Below, one piece after another: positions 9,777 through 19,405 of a DNA stretch of 64,000 nt (its first letter is position 1; the number at the start of each line of letters is the position of its first letter). The DNA is from Hydrurus foetidus (Eukaryota), in the NCBI GenBank assembly GCA_900617105.1, contig UYFQ01000006.1:558001-622000 (forward strand). Direction: 5' to 3'. The translations under genes and the position numbers were made by a program. A model generated the notes under the pieces. The model was not told the DNA's origin, made no database searches, and worked only from the letters and a program-made list of their open reading frames with translations.

Positions 9777-10664
9777 ATGAACGCGACGAACACCCTCAAC
9801 GCCACGCCCGCCATGACCACCCTGCCCGTTATCCGCACCCCACTGGGAGGCCTCGCACTGTGCGATTGGCCGCTGCACGAAAGCGTCACCTCACGCGGCA
9901 CGGTGCTGATGGTTCACGGTTTGGGCGAGCACATGGGGCGCTACGACACACTGGCCCGCCAGCTCAACGCCTGGGGCTTTGCGGTGCGTGCCTATGACCA
10001 GTACGGCCACGGCCACTCCGAAGGCCCACGCGGTGGCTTGCCCAGTGCGACCCGGTTTCTGGACGATTTGACGCTGGTGGTCAAGCACAGCCGAAGCACC
10101 GTTAGCGCCAACAATCGCTTGATTTTGCTCGGCCACAGCCTGGGGGGCTTGGTGGCAAGCCGTTGGTTGTCGCTGCAAGCCGATCCGACGGCGCTCATCA
10201 ATGGCCTGGTGTTGTCGTCCCCTGCGCTGGATGCGGGGCTGAATTGGGTTCAAAAAATACTGGTGGCGGTGTTGCCCCACCTGTTGCCGAATTTGCGCGT
10301 GGGCAATGGGCTGGATGCCACCTACCTCTCGCACGATGCGGCCCAAGTCGCCGCCTACAAAACTGACCCGCTGGTGCATGACCGCATCGCCGCCCGCTTG
10401 GCCCGCTTCATCAGCGACGCAGGCCCCGCTGTGCTGCTGACCAAAGCCAAGGGCTGGAAGATGAAAACACTGCTGCTGTACGCCGGGCAAGACAAACTGG
10501 TCCGCCCCGAAGGCAGCCGCGTCTTTGAAGCCCTGGCCCCTGCCGATTTGGTGGACAGCCACTGCTTTGAGATGCTGTACCACGAGCTGTTCAACGAAGC
10601 TGAACCGGGCCGCACGCAGGTGCTGTCGACGCTCAAACACTGGTTAGACCAGCATTACCGCTGA
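9777..10664 (+). CDS. Alpha/beta hydrolase, lysophospholipase family
   Basis: HGLGEH..RY, GHSLGG nucleophile elbow, YHELFNE. Confidence 0.9.
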   Translation: MNATNTLNATPAMTTLPVIRTPLGGLALCDWPLHESVTSRGTVLMVHGLGEHMGRYDTLARQLNAWGFAVRAYDQYGHGHSEGPRGGLPSATRFLDDLTLVVKHSRSTVSANNRLILLGHSLGGLVASRWLSLQADPTALINGLVLSSPALDAGLNWVQKILVAVLPHLLPNLRVGNGLDATYLSHDAAQVAAYKTDPLVHDRIAARLARFISDAGPAVLLTKAKGWKMKTLLLYAGQDKLVRPEGSRVFEALAPADLVDSHCFEMLYHELFNEAEPGRTQVLSTLKHWLDQHYR

Positions 10665-10697
10665 ACACAGGGCTGGCGCATGCATCTGTCAGCATGC

Positions 10698-10747
10698 AGC
10701 TATAAAAAAAATAGCTGCTAACGCCCATAAAAAGGACGTTAGCAGCT
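10698..10747. terminator. Element copy forming a hairpin between convergent genes (possible terminator)
   Basis: AGCT-ATAAAAAAAAT-AGCT, then an 11-bp stem AGCTGCTAACG / CGTTAGCAGCT. U-rich tail on the minus strand. Confidence 0.65.
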
Positions 10748-10768
10748 GATTTGTGCTGTGTCGGTGGC

Positions 10769-11299
10769 TTAGCGCTGTTGCAGCAAACCGCCCAGCATCC
10801 CCATCAAATCAGCACTGTTGCCCAAGCCACCAGCGGGTGCTTGGCCGTTGGGGGTGAGATGGTTAATCAAGCCCGGCAGCATTTGCGCCAAAGCACCGGC
10901 GGTGTCACCATGGCCCAGACCCAATTTGCTGGCCATGTCGCTGATGGTGTCGTGGCCCAAGGCTTGGGTCATTTGGTCGCCGGTGACCGCATCGTTCTCG
11001 CCATTGCCGACCCACGAGCTCATCGCGCCGCCCAAACCAGCTTGGTTGAACTTGTCGGTCAAACCGCTCAAACCACCGTGCCCACCGTTGTTGGCCAGCA
11101 TGCTCATGACCATCGGTGCCAGCACAGGGATCAACGCGGCGAGGTTCATGCCGCCGCCAGCGCCTTGTTGCGCGTTCGCGTTGCCGCCGCCACCCAACAT
11201 GCCCGCGAGCATCCCGCCCAAGCCACCCAAGCCGCCTTGGTTGCTTTGTTGTTGACCGCCGCCTAAAGCAGCACCGAGTACGGATTCGAGTAAGCCCAT
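10769..11299 (-). CDS. YidB/DUF937 family protein
   Basis: Gly-rich N-terminus, GGL.GL..KF.QAGLG....SWVG.GEN, LP.LIN.LTPNG. Confidence 0.88.
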   Translation of the reverse strand: MGLLESVLGAALGGGQQQSNQGGLGGLGGMLAGMLGGGGNANAQQGAGGGMNLAALIPVLAPMVMSMLANNGGHGGLSGLTDKFNQAGLGGAMSSWVGNGENDAVTGDQMTQALGHDTISDMASKLGLGHGDTAGALAQMLPGLINHLTPNGQAPAGGLGNSADLMGMLGGLLQQR

Positions 11300-11436
11300 G
11301 AAAAATTCCCTAGTAAAAAGTGTTACGAAATATATCCCGCACCAAAGGGTTACAGCACCTTCGACGTGCGCTGTTCTCAGGGGGCAACGCCAATTAGTCC
11401 ACGCTTCGCTCGCAATTCACGGTGTCAAAAATGCAT

Positions 11437-12597
11437 TTAAACCACACGCTGGCGCTGCATCAACCAGAACAACGCCGCCGCCGTCAGCATCAAAGGTGCA
11501 AGTGAGCCGTAGTTCAGCAGCGTCCAGCCCTGCGTCGTCACCAGCAGGCCCGAAGAAAACGAGCTGAGCGCGAGGGTCGCGAACACGCAAAAATTCAGCG
11601 CCCCTTGCGCCCGGTCTTTTTCCTCCGGGGCATAGGCTTGCAGCGACAGCGTGGTCGCCCCGGTGAACAAGAAATTCCAACCCAGGCCCAGCAAAAACAG
11701 CCCGATCAAAAACTGATGTAACTCTACCCCTGACAGCGCCACCACGATGCACAGCAAGTTCAACACCACGCCTACCGCCATCACGGGCAGCGGCCCAAAG
11801 CGCTTGATGAGGTGGCCGGTGAAAAAGCTGGGCGCAAACATGCCGATCACATGCCATTCCAGCACCAGCGCCGTCGCCGAAAACGGCAAGCCGCACTGCT
11901 GCATCGCAATTGGCGTGGCCGCCATCAGCAAGTTCATCACGCCGTAGCCCAAGGCGCTGCACGCTGCGGCGACGATGAAAATCGGCTGGCGCATGATGAC
12001 CGACAACGGCCTGCCGCCTGCCAGCGCTTTTTTGCTGGGTGGCGGCGGAAAATGGATGGCGCTCAAGATCGCCATCGACAGCAGCGCCACCCCGGCCAGT
12101 GCGAGGTAAGCCCCGGCAAAAGGCACCGCCACCACATCCCGCGTGAACGCCGCCAAGTTCGGCCCGGCCACCGCGCCCACCAAACCGCCCGCCATCACCA
12201 GAGAGATGGCCTTTTCTTGCCCCGTCGCCCCCGCCAACTCGGCGGCGGCAAAGCGGTACAGCTGCGCGTTCGCGTTGTAGTAGCCCGCCACCACCGTGGC
12301 CAAGCACAGCAGCCCAAAGTTGTGATTCCACGCCGCCCAAGCACACAGCAATGCCGACAACAGCGCCACACCCAGCCCCATCTGAAACGACACCTTGCGC
12401 CCAAACCGCATCTGCGTGCGCGCCACCAGCGGCGTAGACATCGCCCCACCCAACACATAGCCCATCACCGGCAGCGTCGCCATCCACCCCACCGGGGCCA
12501 GCGCTAAACCCACCAGACCATTGATGGCGATGAAGGTGACGTTGTTGGTCAGGAACAAGCCCTGTGCGGCGGCGAGGAGCCAGAGGTTTTTGTTCAT
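11437..12597 (-). CDS. MFS transporter
   Basis: About 12 hydrophobic segments, YRFAAAE, WHVIGMFAPSFFTG.LI.RFG. Confidence 0.9.
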   Translation of the reverse strand: MNKNLWLLAAAQGLFLTNNVTFIAINGLVGLALAPVGWMATLPVMGYVLGGAMSTPLVARTQMRFGRKVSFQMGLGVALLSALLCAWAAWNHNFGLLCLATVVAGYYNANAQLYRFAAAELAGATGQEKAISLVMAGGLVGAVAGPNLAAFTRDVVAVPFAGAYLALAGVALLSMAILSAIHFPPPPSKKALAGGRPLSVIMRQPIFIVAAACSALGYGVMNLLMAATPIAMQQCGLPFSATALVLEWHVIGMFAPSFFTGHLIKRFGPLPVMAVGVVLNLLCIVVALSGVELHQFLIGLFLLGLGWNFLFTGATTLSLQAYAPEEKDRAQGALNFCVFATLALSSFSSGLLVTTQGWTLLNYGSLAPLMLTAAALFWLMQRQRVV

Positions 12598-12614
12598 GGG
12601 GGGGTTGGGGTGGG

Positions 12615-12917
12615 TTATGCCGGTGCGCGAACTTGGCTGGTTAACTTCAAGCCCAGCGCTTTCAGCACCCGCATGATGGTGTCAAAACTCGGGTTGCCCT
12701 CACCAGACAAGGCTTTGTAGAGGCTCTCGCGCCCCAGCCCCGTGTCCTTGGCCAGTTGCGTCATGCCGCGTGCGCGGGCAATGGTGCCCAGGGCTTTGGC
12801 AATAAAAGCAGCATCGTCACCGGCTTCGTCCATGCAGACTTGCAGGTAAAGCGCACAGTCTTCTTCTGTTTTGAGGTGTTCTGCGGAATCCCAAGGGGTC
12901 AGTTTGAGGGGTGTCAT
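12615..12917 (-). CDS. Addiction-module antidote, XRE-family antitoxin
   Basis: ALGTIARARGMTQLAKDTGLGRESLYKALSGEGNP. 4-bp overlap with the upstream toxin. Confidence 0.9.
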   Translation of the reverse strand: MTPLKLTPWDSAEHLKTEEDCALYLQVCMDEAGDDAAFIAKALGTIARARGMTQLAKDTGLGRESLYKALSGEGNPSFDTIMRVLKALGLKLTSQVRAPA

Positions 12918-13219
12918 GGTTTATCTTCTTTCAGTTGAGTCGCCATTGCGAGTGCAGCTTCAATGTCACGGGCTTGGGTGGCTTTGTCACCACCGCACAG
13001 CAAAACGATCACTTCCAGCCCTTGCCGCATGAAGTACAGCCTGTAGCCCGGCCCAAAATCCAGCCGCGCTTCCGATACACCTTGACCCACGCTTTTGACA
13101 TCGCCAAAATGGCCTCCCGCCATGCGATCAATGCGAACCTGAATGCGCAATCGCGTCATGGTGTCTTTGATGTGGGCAAACCATCCTTCAAATTTGGCAG
13201 TGGTCAGAAGGGTGTACAT
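12914..13219 (-). CDS. Addiction-module killer, RelE/ParE-family toxin
   Basis: RI.R..GGHFGDVKSVGQGVSEARLDFGPGYRLYF....LLCGGDKATQ.RDI. Confidence 0.9.
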   Translation of the reverse strand: MYTLLTTAKFEGWFAHIKDTMTRLRIQVRIDRMAGGHFGDVKSVGQGVSEARLDFGPGYRLYFMRQGLEVIVLLCGGDKATQARDIEAALAMATQLKEDKP

Positions 13220-13227
13220 CGGCAAAG

Positions 13228-13245
13228 TGTATCCCAACCGCTACA
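13228..13245. promoter_or_regulatory. Imperfect inverted repeat, probable TA autoregulatory operator
   Basis: TGTATC-CCAACC-GCTACA immediately upstream of the toxin ATG. Confidence 0.45.
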
Positions 13246-13255
13246 AAAACGCAGA

Positions 13256-14017
13256 TTAACTCGAAATCACCACCAACGCCGCCAGCGCTGCCGTTTCCGC
13301 CCGCAGCGTGCGTGCGCCCAGCGTCACCGGCTGGAAGCCCTGCGCGAGTGCTGCCGCCTCTTCCGTCGGACTCAGACCGCCTTCAGGCCCAGACAGCACG
13401 GTGATGCTGTGGCCAGTGGTGGGCATGGCCTGCGCGAGGTTGTGCAAGGCTTGTGTTCCCGTTTGCAACGACAAAATGAGCCGCTGGGTGGTTAGGACTG
13501 TGGGGCCGCCGTCGGTACTGGCTGGGTTCGCCTTCAACCAAGCGCTGAGGCTCATCACTGGATGCACCACGGGCACGCGGTTGCGGCCGCATTGTTCGCA
13601 AGCGGCGATGGCGATGCTTTGCCAGTGGGCTTGCTTTTTTTCGGCCCGCTCACCTGTCAAGCGCAGCACGGTGCGTTCCGTCATCAGTGGCTGGATGCTG
13701 GCTGCGCCCAGTTCGGTGGCTTTTTCGACCAACCAGTCCATGCGCTCGTTGGCGGGCATCCCCACCGCCAAGTGGACAAGGGTGGCCGCTTCACGCTCCA
13801 CCGGGTCATGCACGCCGACATCCACCAGCACCTCGCTGCGGCCCATCTGGGTTATGGTGGCGGTGAATTCCCCCCCGCTATGCGGATGGCCGCCATGAAA
13901 CAGCGTCAGCGTTTCGCCGGGCTGCATCCGCAGCACCTGCACATGGCGGGCGGCGGCGGCAGGCAGCGACAAGGCGGTGCCAGAGATCAAAGGAATGGGG
14001 CAGTGGATTCGAGGCAT
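13256..14017 (-). CDS. rsmE: 16S rRNA m3U1498 methyltransferase
   Basis: HVQVLRM, DWLVEKATELG, AACEQCGR..VP, GPEGG, LG.R.LRAETA. Confidence 0.95.
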   Translation of the reverse strand: MPRIHCPIPLISGTALSLPAAAARHVQVLRMQPGETLTLFHGGHPHSGGEFTATITQMGRSEVLVDVGVHDPVEREAATLVHLAVGMPANERMDWLVEKATELGAASIQPLMTERTVLRLTGERAEKKQAHWQSIAIAACEQCGRNRVPVVHPVMSLSAWLKANPASTDGGPTVLTTQRLILSLQTGTQALHNLAQAMPTTGHSITVLSGPEGGLSPTEEAAALAQGFQPVTLGARTLRAETAALAALVVISS

Positions 14018-14081
14018 TGCTATGAAAAATAGAGCTGCCTACACATACAGAACGTGCAGTAACAACCAGTTAGACTCAAAA
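14018..14081 (+). repeat. Element copy abutting the rsmE start codon
   Basis: TGCTATGAAAAATAGAGCTGCCTACACATACAGAACGTGCAGTAACAACCAGTTAGACTCAAAA. Confidence 0.7.
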
Positions 14082-14194
14082 CCAAAGCCAGGCCGTGCCC
14101 GCTCAAAGTTACCAGCAGGTGCAGAGGCAGGGGCCAGGGTGGTCAAGGGTGGCCTGCCAGTTTCGCACACCGGGGTGCGATGCCGTCACCGCCT

Positions 14195-15211
14195 TCAGCT
14201 GCGACTGACAGCGCCCCCACCTCCGCCAGAGTTGGTGGGAGGGGATGCACCTCCAAAGTTGGTGCCAGGTGCTGCCGGTATGTTGCCAGCATCGGTCGTA
14301 CCACCGGACGCTGTCGCAGGCAGACCTGCGGTGGGATCGGGGCCACTTGAGGCTGTGGGCGGCAGCCCGGCTGTGGGGTCTGTGGAGTTTGCAGGTGACG
14401 TAGGTGTACTGATAGGGTTCGCACTGATCACTTTATTGGCGTTCTTTTCGGCTTGATCTTTATAGAACGCTTGCTGCGCCACTGTGTCATTGGTTGTTTT
14501 CTCAATCAACGCGCTTTGTGAGGGGGCAGCGGCCATGAGCGCCGACTTAAACGCATCAACATCTTTCGCATCAACGGCGGTGGTGGCATTGCGAATGATG
14601 CTTTTTTCAAGTTGCAATGCAGACTCACTGTTGAGTCCTATTTGTGCTGTCGCAAGCATGGCTGCCGACACTGAAGCGATTTCCGTAGGCGTTCTGCCCA
14701 TGGCGGCAAGGACTGTGTTGACCGTATCTGAGGCTGATTCCGGAGAAGTCGTCGATAGTGTCGCCGAAACAGCCGCACTCGCTAAGGCTGATCGGCTCTC
14801 TATCGAGTCGTTTGCCGATGCTTTAACAGCGTCAAAAACGATTACCGAGAGCATAGATGCGGCCGCATTTTTAGTTGGGCCCCAGCTGTCACCGAGTCCT
14901 TTGACTTGTGCGATAGCCTCCATCATGATGGCCTGCCGATCTCCGATAGACACGGCCTGCATGGCTTTTTCAATGAAGATACTTTTGGCATCGCTATTTT
15001 CATATTTTGCGGCTTCTCGCATGATGTAAGCCGTCATCGTCGTGCTGAGTTGGGCTGCTGGCGTGGTGGCAATGATTGCGGCAACTTCAGTCGCCGCTTT
15101 GGCTTCCAATTTACCGAGATCGACAAAGGCACCACTCTGCGCAAACAACGTCGCGCTACTGACCGCTGCTATGGCTGTCGCAACCACAGCAGCTTTGAAG
15201 GTGAAACGCAT
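14195..15211 (-). CDS. Hypothetical secreted Ala-rich protein with Pro/Thr/Gly-rich C-terminal tail
   Basis: AAGGAG RBS, signal peptide MRFTFKAAVVA...LFA, two DPTAGLP[PA]TAS repeats, ends GGGGGAVSRS. Confidence 0.75.
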   Translation of the reverse strand: MRFTFKAAVVATAIAAVSSATLFAQSGAFVDLGKLEAKAATEVAAIIATTPAAQLSTTMTAYIMREAAKYENSDAKSIFIEKAMQAVSIGDRQAIMMEAIAQVKGLGDSWGPTKNAAASMLSVIVFDAVKASANDSIESRSALASAAVSATLSTTSPESASDTVNTVLAAMGRTPTEIASVSAAMLATAQIGLNSESALQLEKSIIRNATTAVDAKDVDAFKSALMAAAPSQSALIEKTTNDTVAQQAFYKDQAEKNANKVISANPISTPTSPANSTDPTAGLPPTASSGPDPTAGLPATASGGTTDAGNIPAAPGTNFGGASPPTNSGGGGGAVSRS

Positions 15212-15264
15212 GACAAGCTCCTTGAAGATAGAAACTGTCATCGTAAAGAAAAGTAACCCTTGCC

Positions 15265-15286
15265 GCATCCCCAAAATGGGGGATGC
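15265..15286. promoter_or_regulatory. Inverted repeat upstream of the orphan gene (operator or hairpin)
   Basis: GCATCCCC-AAAATG-GGGGATGC. Confidence 0.35.
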
Positions 15287-15316
15287 ACAGTGGTTAAAAG
15301 TATGTTATAGCAGTGC

Positions 15317-16537
15317 CTAGGCGCCCCGCCGCAACGCCAGCCGCTGCGCCAATGCAAACGCGCCGCACCCTACCCCACTCGTCACCAGCAACAGGGCCAC
15401 GCCCCAGCCGTAACCTTGTGAGACACCCCACAGGCTGCCCACCGCCGCTGGGGCCAGGGCGCGGGCGATGGCTGAGGGGAAGCCTAAAGCGCCGTTCAGG
15501 GCGGCGACATGCGCACGGCTGACGTATTCGGCGATGGCGGTGCCTTTGACGATGGTCAGCATGCCGTTGGCCAAACCGTACAGCCCGGCATAGGCCAGCC
15601 CCAAGACGACGGCTGCGGCGGGGCCAGCCACCATCAACAACGCCAGCAACAGCAGTGAAGCGGGCATCAGCAGCACGATGAGCAGGTTGACGCGGTGGAC
15701 GTTGAAGCGGTTTTCCAAGCGGAACAGCATCAAGCGGCCCAGCACTTGCAGCACGCCGATGCTGGCGGGCACCAGCACCACCCAGTGTTCGGGCAGGCCT
15801 TGCTCGCGCAGCAGGGGCACAAGGTGCGGTGGGATGGCGGCGGTAACGGCCATGCCCAGGGCGGTGAACACACCGATCAGCAAGAAGACGGGGTTGCGCA
15901 GGCAGGCTTGGAGGCTGGCCGTGGGGGGTGAGCTTGTGGGCGTTGCTGTTACCACTGTTGCCGCTGGGGATGCCGTCACGGGTTTCGGCTCACCCCGCAG
16001 CAGCAACCCATGCACGGGCAGGCAAACGAACAGGTGCAGCCCGGCCAGGACGGTAACGGCACCGCGCCAGCCCAAGCTGTCGATCAGCCACAACGTGAGA
16101 GGGATGAACACGGTGCTGGCCAGTCCGCCCAGGAAGGTGATGGTGATGATGGCGCGTCTGAAATCCACGGGAAAGCGCCGGGTGACGACGGCAAACACCG
16201 GGGAATACAGGATGCAGGCGAGCGCCAGACCCAGCGCCGTCCAGGCGGCGTAAAAGCCCAGCAAGCTTGTGATCTGGGTTTGCGCCAACAGGCACAGCGC
16301 GGCAAGGACGGAACCTGCGCTCATCACCACGCGGGCATGGCCACGGTCAATCCAGCGGCCAACGGGGTAGGCCAGCACGCCTTCGGCCAGCAGCATCAGG
16401 CTGAAACCGAGTGAGCTTTGGGCGCGGCTGATGTGCAGTTCGGCCTCGATGGGCTGTACCAGCAAGCCGAACAGGTAAAACGTGGAGCCCCAAGAAATCA
16501 GCTGCGCCAGAGACAGGCCAAAAAGGAAGCGGCTCAT
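15317..16537 (-). CDS. MFS transporter
   Basis: QLISWG..FY, GRWIDRG..R motif A, GGLASTVFIP. Confidence 0.88.
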   Translation of the reverse strand: MSRFLFGLSLAQLISWGSTFYLFGLLVQPIEAELHISRAQSSLGFSLMLLAEGVLAYPVGRWIDRGHARVVMSAGSVLAALCLLAQTQITSLLGFYAAWTALGLALACILYSPVFAVVTRRFPVDFRRAIITITFLGGLASTVFIPLTLWLIDSLGWRGAVTVLAGLHLFVCLPVHGLLLRGEPKPVTASPAATVVTATPTSSPPTASLQACLRNPVFLLIGVFTALGMAVTAAIPPHLVPLLREQGLPEHWVVLVPASIGVLQVLGRLMLFRLENRFNVHRVNLLIVLLMPASLLLLALLMVAGPAAAVVLGLAYAGLYGLANGMLTIVKGTAIAEYVSRAHVAALNGALGFPSAIARALAPAAVGSLWGVSQGYGWGVALLLVTSGVGCGAFALAQRLALRRGA

Positions 16538-16630
16538 GAGGCGGACATGGGGTGGGGAATGGCCGAACCCAGAGGGGACGGGTTCGGCATCAGGTCAGTG
16601 AAAGTCAATCAGCAGGCCATCCGGAGGTCA

Positions 16631-18433
16631 TCAGGCAAGCTGCTTCAGCGTGGCGAGCAGCTCTGATGCGGGCACTGGTTTGGCAAACAGGTAGCCCTGG
16701 GCGTAGTCGCAACCCGCCTCGCTCAGCAAGGCCAGCTGGCCCTGGGTTTCGATGCCCTCGGCCACCACTTTGAGGCCCAGCTTGTGCGCCATGACGATGA
16801 TGGCTTCGCACAGCACCTTGTCGCCAGGGTCGGTTTCGAGATCGCGCACAAAGGATTGGTCGATTTTGAGGAAATCAACGTCAAAGCGTTTGAGGTACGA
16901 CAGCGACGAGTAGCCCGTGCCGAAATCGTCAATCGCCACCTGAAAACCTGCATCTCTAAAGGCTTGCAGCTTGGCGCTGCCAAATTCTTCTGCTTTCAGC
17001 AAAACCCCTTCGGTCAATTCCAGGGTGATGCTGTCACCGGGCAAGCCCAGCTCGGCCAGCACAGCAAACCAGTCGGCTACAGAAGCCCGGCTAGAGCGAA
17101 ACTGCACCGGTGAAGCGTTGATGCTGATACTGAAATCAGGGTGAAACGTTTCCCGCATTGCCTTGACTTGCTGCGCAGCTTCACGGAACACCCAGTCACC
17201 AATTTCGACAATCGCCCCGTTGTCCTCGGCCAGAGGAATGAACTCTTTGGGCATGATTTGGCCACGCCCATCGTGGTTCCATCGCAACAAAGCTTCCGCT
17301 TTGCGCACCAAGCCTGTGCGCAAATCGATGATGGGCTGGTAGTACACCTCAAACTGTTTCACATCCATCGCACGGCGCAAATCCCGCGTCAAGCGGGTGC
17401 GGTGGGTCGCGGCCTCTTGCAGTGCAAACATGTAATGGCTAAAGCGATTGCGACCCGACGATTTGGCGAAAAACATCGCTTGGCTGGCATTTTGAAGCAG
17501 CCCGTCCAGCTCTTTGGCGTTGGTGGGGTACAGCGCGATGCCCACACTGGCCGATATGTGTACCGTCTCGCCCAGCACCGAAAACGGCTCGGCCAAGCGG
17601 CGAATAATGTTTTGTGCGATGCGCTCGATGTCGGTGATGTCACGCAGATTGGGCGTGACCACCGCGAATTCGTCACCGCCCAAGCGTGCAGCCACATCGG
17701 TTTCGCGCACCACGTCTTGGATGCGGCGTGCCGCTTGCACCAACAGCGCGTCGCCCACGGCATGGCCAAGAAGATCGTTCACTTCTTTGAACTTGTCCAA
17801 CCCAATCGCCAACAAGGCCAGTGGCAGCTTAGAGCGCTGAGCCAGCTTCAACTCGTGTGCAAGTCGTTCCGAGAAAAAGCGGCGGTTAGGCAACTCAGTC
17901 AACCCGTCAATATTAGATTGGCGTTGCAAGGTTTGGATGGCCAGTCGGCGCTCGGTCACGTCACGGCCGACAGAAATCAGCCCTTGCAAATGCCCTGCCG
18001 CGTCGCAATAAGGCGTGCGCAAGGTTTCAATGCACACTTGGCTGCCGTTCGAGTCAGCGACCCATCGCTCTGAAAAGTGGTGCTCTCCAGCGGCCAAGTG
18101 CAGTGCCTGCTCGTCCAAGGCGCGGATCGCAGAAGCGACGACCTCAGTGGCGAGGTCACCGTCTGTTTTACCCACCAGCTCAGCTTCACTCAGGTCAAAG
18201 TGTTCGGCAAATGCGGCATTGCAGCCTTGGTACACGCCGTCTGTCGATTTAACGCAAATCAGGTCACGACTGGCATCCATTACGCCGCGCAGCAGCATTT
18301 GTGCTTGATCAATGGTGGCGTAATGGCGGCTGACGGAGGCCATCAAGGCTTGCCACGGGCCCTCGGACACTGCGCCCTCGCCGAGGTGCTGTTGAAGCTG
18401 ACTTATCAGTAGCTGGTGCATGGTATTTTTCAA
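16631..18433 (-). CDS. PAS-GGDEF-EAL c-di-GMP protein
   Basis: PAS (..GRDVTERR), DGLTELPNR, GGDEF, EALLRW, DDFGTGYSSL, AEGIE, QGYLF. Confidence 0.92.
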   Translation of the reverse strand: MKNTMHQLLISQLQQHLGEGAVSEGPWQALMASVSRHYATIDQAQMLLRGVMDASRDLICVKSTDGVYQGCNAAFAEHFDLSEAELVGKTDGDLATEVVASAIRALDEQALHLAAGEHHFSERWVADSNGSQVCIETLRTPYCDAAGHLQGLISVGRDVTERRLAIQTLQRQSNIDGLTELPNRRFFSERLAHELKLAQRSKLPLALLAIGLDKFKEVNDLLGHAVGDALLVQAARRIQDVVRETDVAARLGGDEFAVVTPNLRDITDIERIAQNIIRRLAEPFSVLGETVHISASVGIALYPTNAKELDGLLQNASQAMFFAKSSGRNRFSHYMFALQEAATHRTRLTRDLRRAMDVKQFEVYYQPIIDLRTGLVRKAEALLRWNHDGRGQIMPKEFIPLAEDNGAIVEIGDWVFREAAQQVKAMRETFHPDFSISINASPVQFRSSRASVADWFAVLAELGLPGDSITLELTEGVLLKAEEFGSAKLQAFRDAGFQVAIDDFGTGYSSLSYLKRFDVDFLKIDQSFVRDLETDPGDKVLCEAIIVMAHKLGLKVVAEGIETQGQLALLSEAGCDYAQGYLFAKPVPASELLATLKQLA

Positions 18434-18553
18434 AGAACCCCGCTTGGACGTGCCCCGTGGTATCAGGTGGCGGCATAAAAGCTTAGGTTATAACCCATCA
18501 ACTACGCCACTTAGAGCGGTACAGGTATTGCGCTGTACCTGCACGCCTCTTTC

Positions 18554-19393
18554 ATGAAGATTCAACTGCTGTCCGACCTGCACCTCGAAGCCCATCCCCA
18601 CTTTGCCCCCCTGCCCGCCCCAGAGGCCGATGTGCTGGTGCTGGCTGGCGATATTGGCTCGTACCAGGCAGGCTCAGGCTTGAGCGATATCGATTTTGGC
18701 TTGGCCCGCTTTTCACCGCTGAACGGCTGGCCCACACCTGTGCTGTTTGTGCCCGGTAACCACGAGTACGACGCACAAGACTTTGACATGGCCCATGCTA
18801 GGCTAAAGGCCACCTGCGAGCGACTGGGCATCATGTGGTTAGAGCGCGAAGTGGTGCTGCTGGGCGGCGTGCGCTTCATCGGCACCACGCTGTGGAGCGA
18901 CTTTGATGCGCTCTCAAACGTCAAAAACACCGCCCCGAACGACACCCCCGACGGTTCCCGCTTGGCGCGGATGCTCAAGCAGCGTGAAAAGGCTTTTCGT
19001 GCCGCCAATTTTTACCTGCGCAAAGCCGAAACCACCCGCAAAGGCGTGCCGTGGCTGGCAGCGGACATGCGAGAGCAGGCGTTGGTGTGCAAAGAATGGC
19101 TACAAACCCAGTTGCACACACCGTTTGCGGGCACCACGGTTGCTATTACCCACTTCGCCCCCAGCCTGCACAGCGCCGACCCCCGCTACGGCCTGACACC
19201 GGGCACCGCTGGATTTTGCAACGCATGGGATGATTTACTGCCCCATGCTCAACTGTGGCTGCATGGTCACCTGCACGCCCCCAGCCACTACACCCACCAC
19301 GGCTGCCGGGTGGTGGCAAATCCGATGGGCTACGAGCGCAAAAACGAGCAACTGCACTTCATGCCGCAATGCCTGATTGATACGGCTGATTGA
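18554..19393 (+). CDS. Metallophosphoesterase (calcineurin-like)
   Basis: SDLHLE, AGDI, GNHE, THFAP, HGHLH. Confidence 0.9.
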   Translation: MKIQLLSDLHLEAHPHFAPLPAPEADVLVLAGDIGSYQAGSGLSDIDFGLARFSPLNGWPTPVLFVPGNHEYDAQDFDMAHARLKATCERLGIMWLEREVVLLGGVRFIGTTLWSDFDALSNVKNTAPNDTPDGSRLARMLKQREKAFRAANFYLRKAETTRKGVPWLAADMREQALVCKEWLQTQLHTPFAGTTVAITHFAPSLHSADPRYGLTPGTAGFCNAWDDLLPHAQLWLHGHLHAPSHYTHHGCRVVANPMGYERKNEQLHFMPQCLIDTAD

Positions 19394-19405
19394 GGTGGCT
19401 GAGGA

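Noticed and set aside
11417..12487. Long alternative-frame and antisense ORFs (also 17141-18073, 34262-35281, 58584-59558, 59583-60632)
   Set aside because: They overlap well-supported genes, lack motifs, and are expected by-products of high GC codon bias.
16562..16588. Hairpin GCCGAACCC/GGGTTCGGC as intrinsic terminator or REP
   Set aside because: No U tail on the transcribed strand and no second copy seen in the window.
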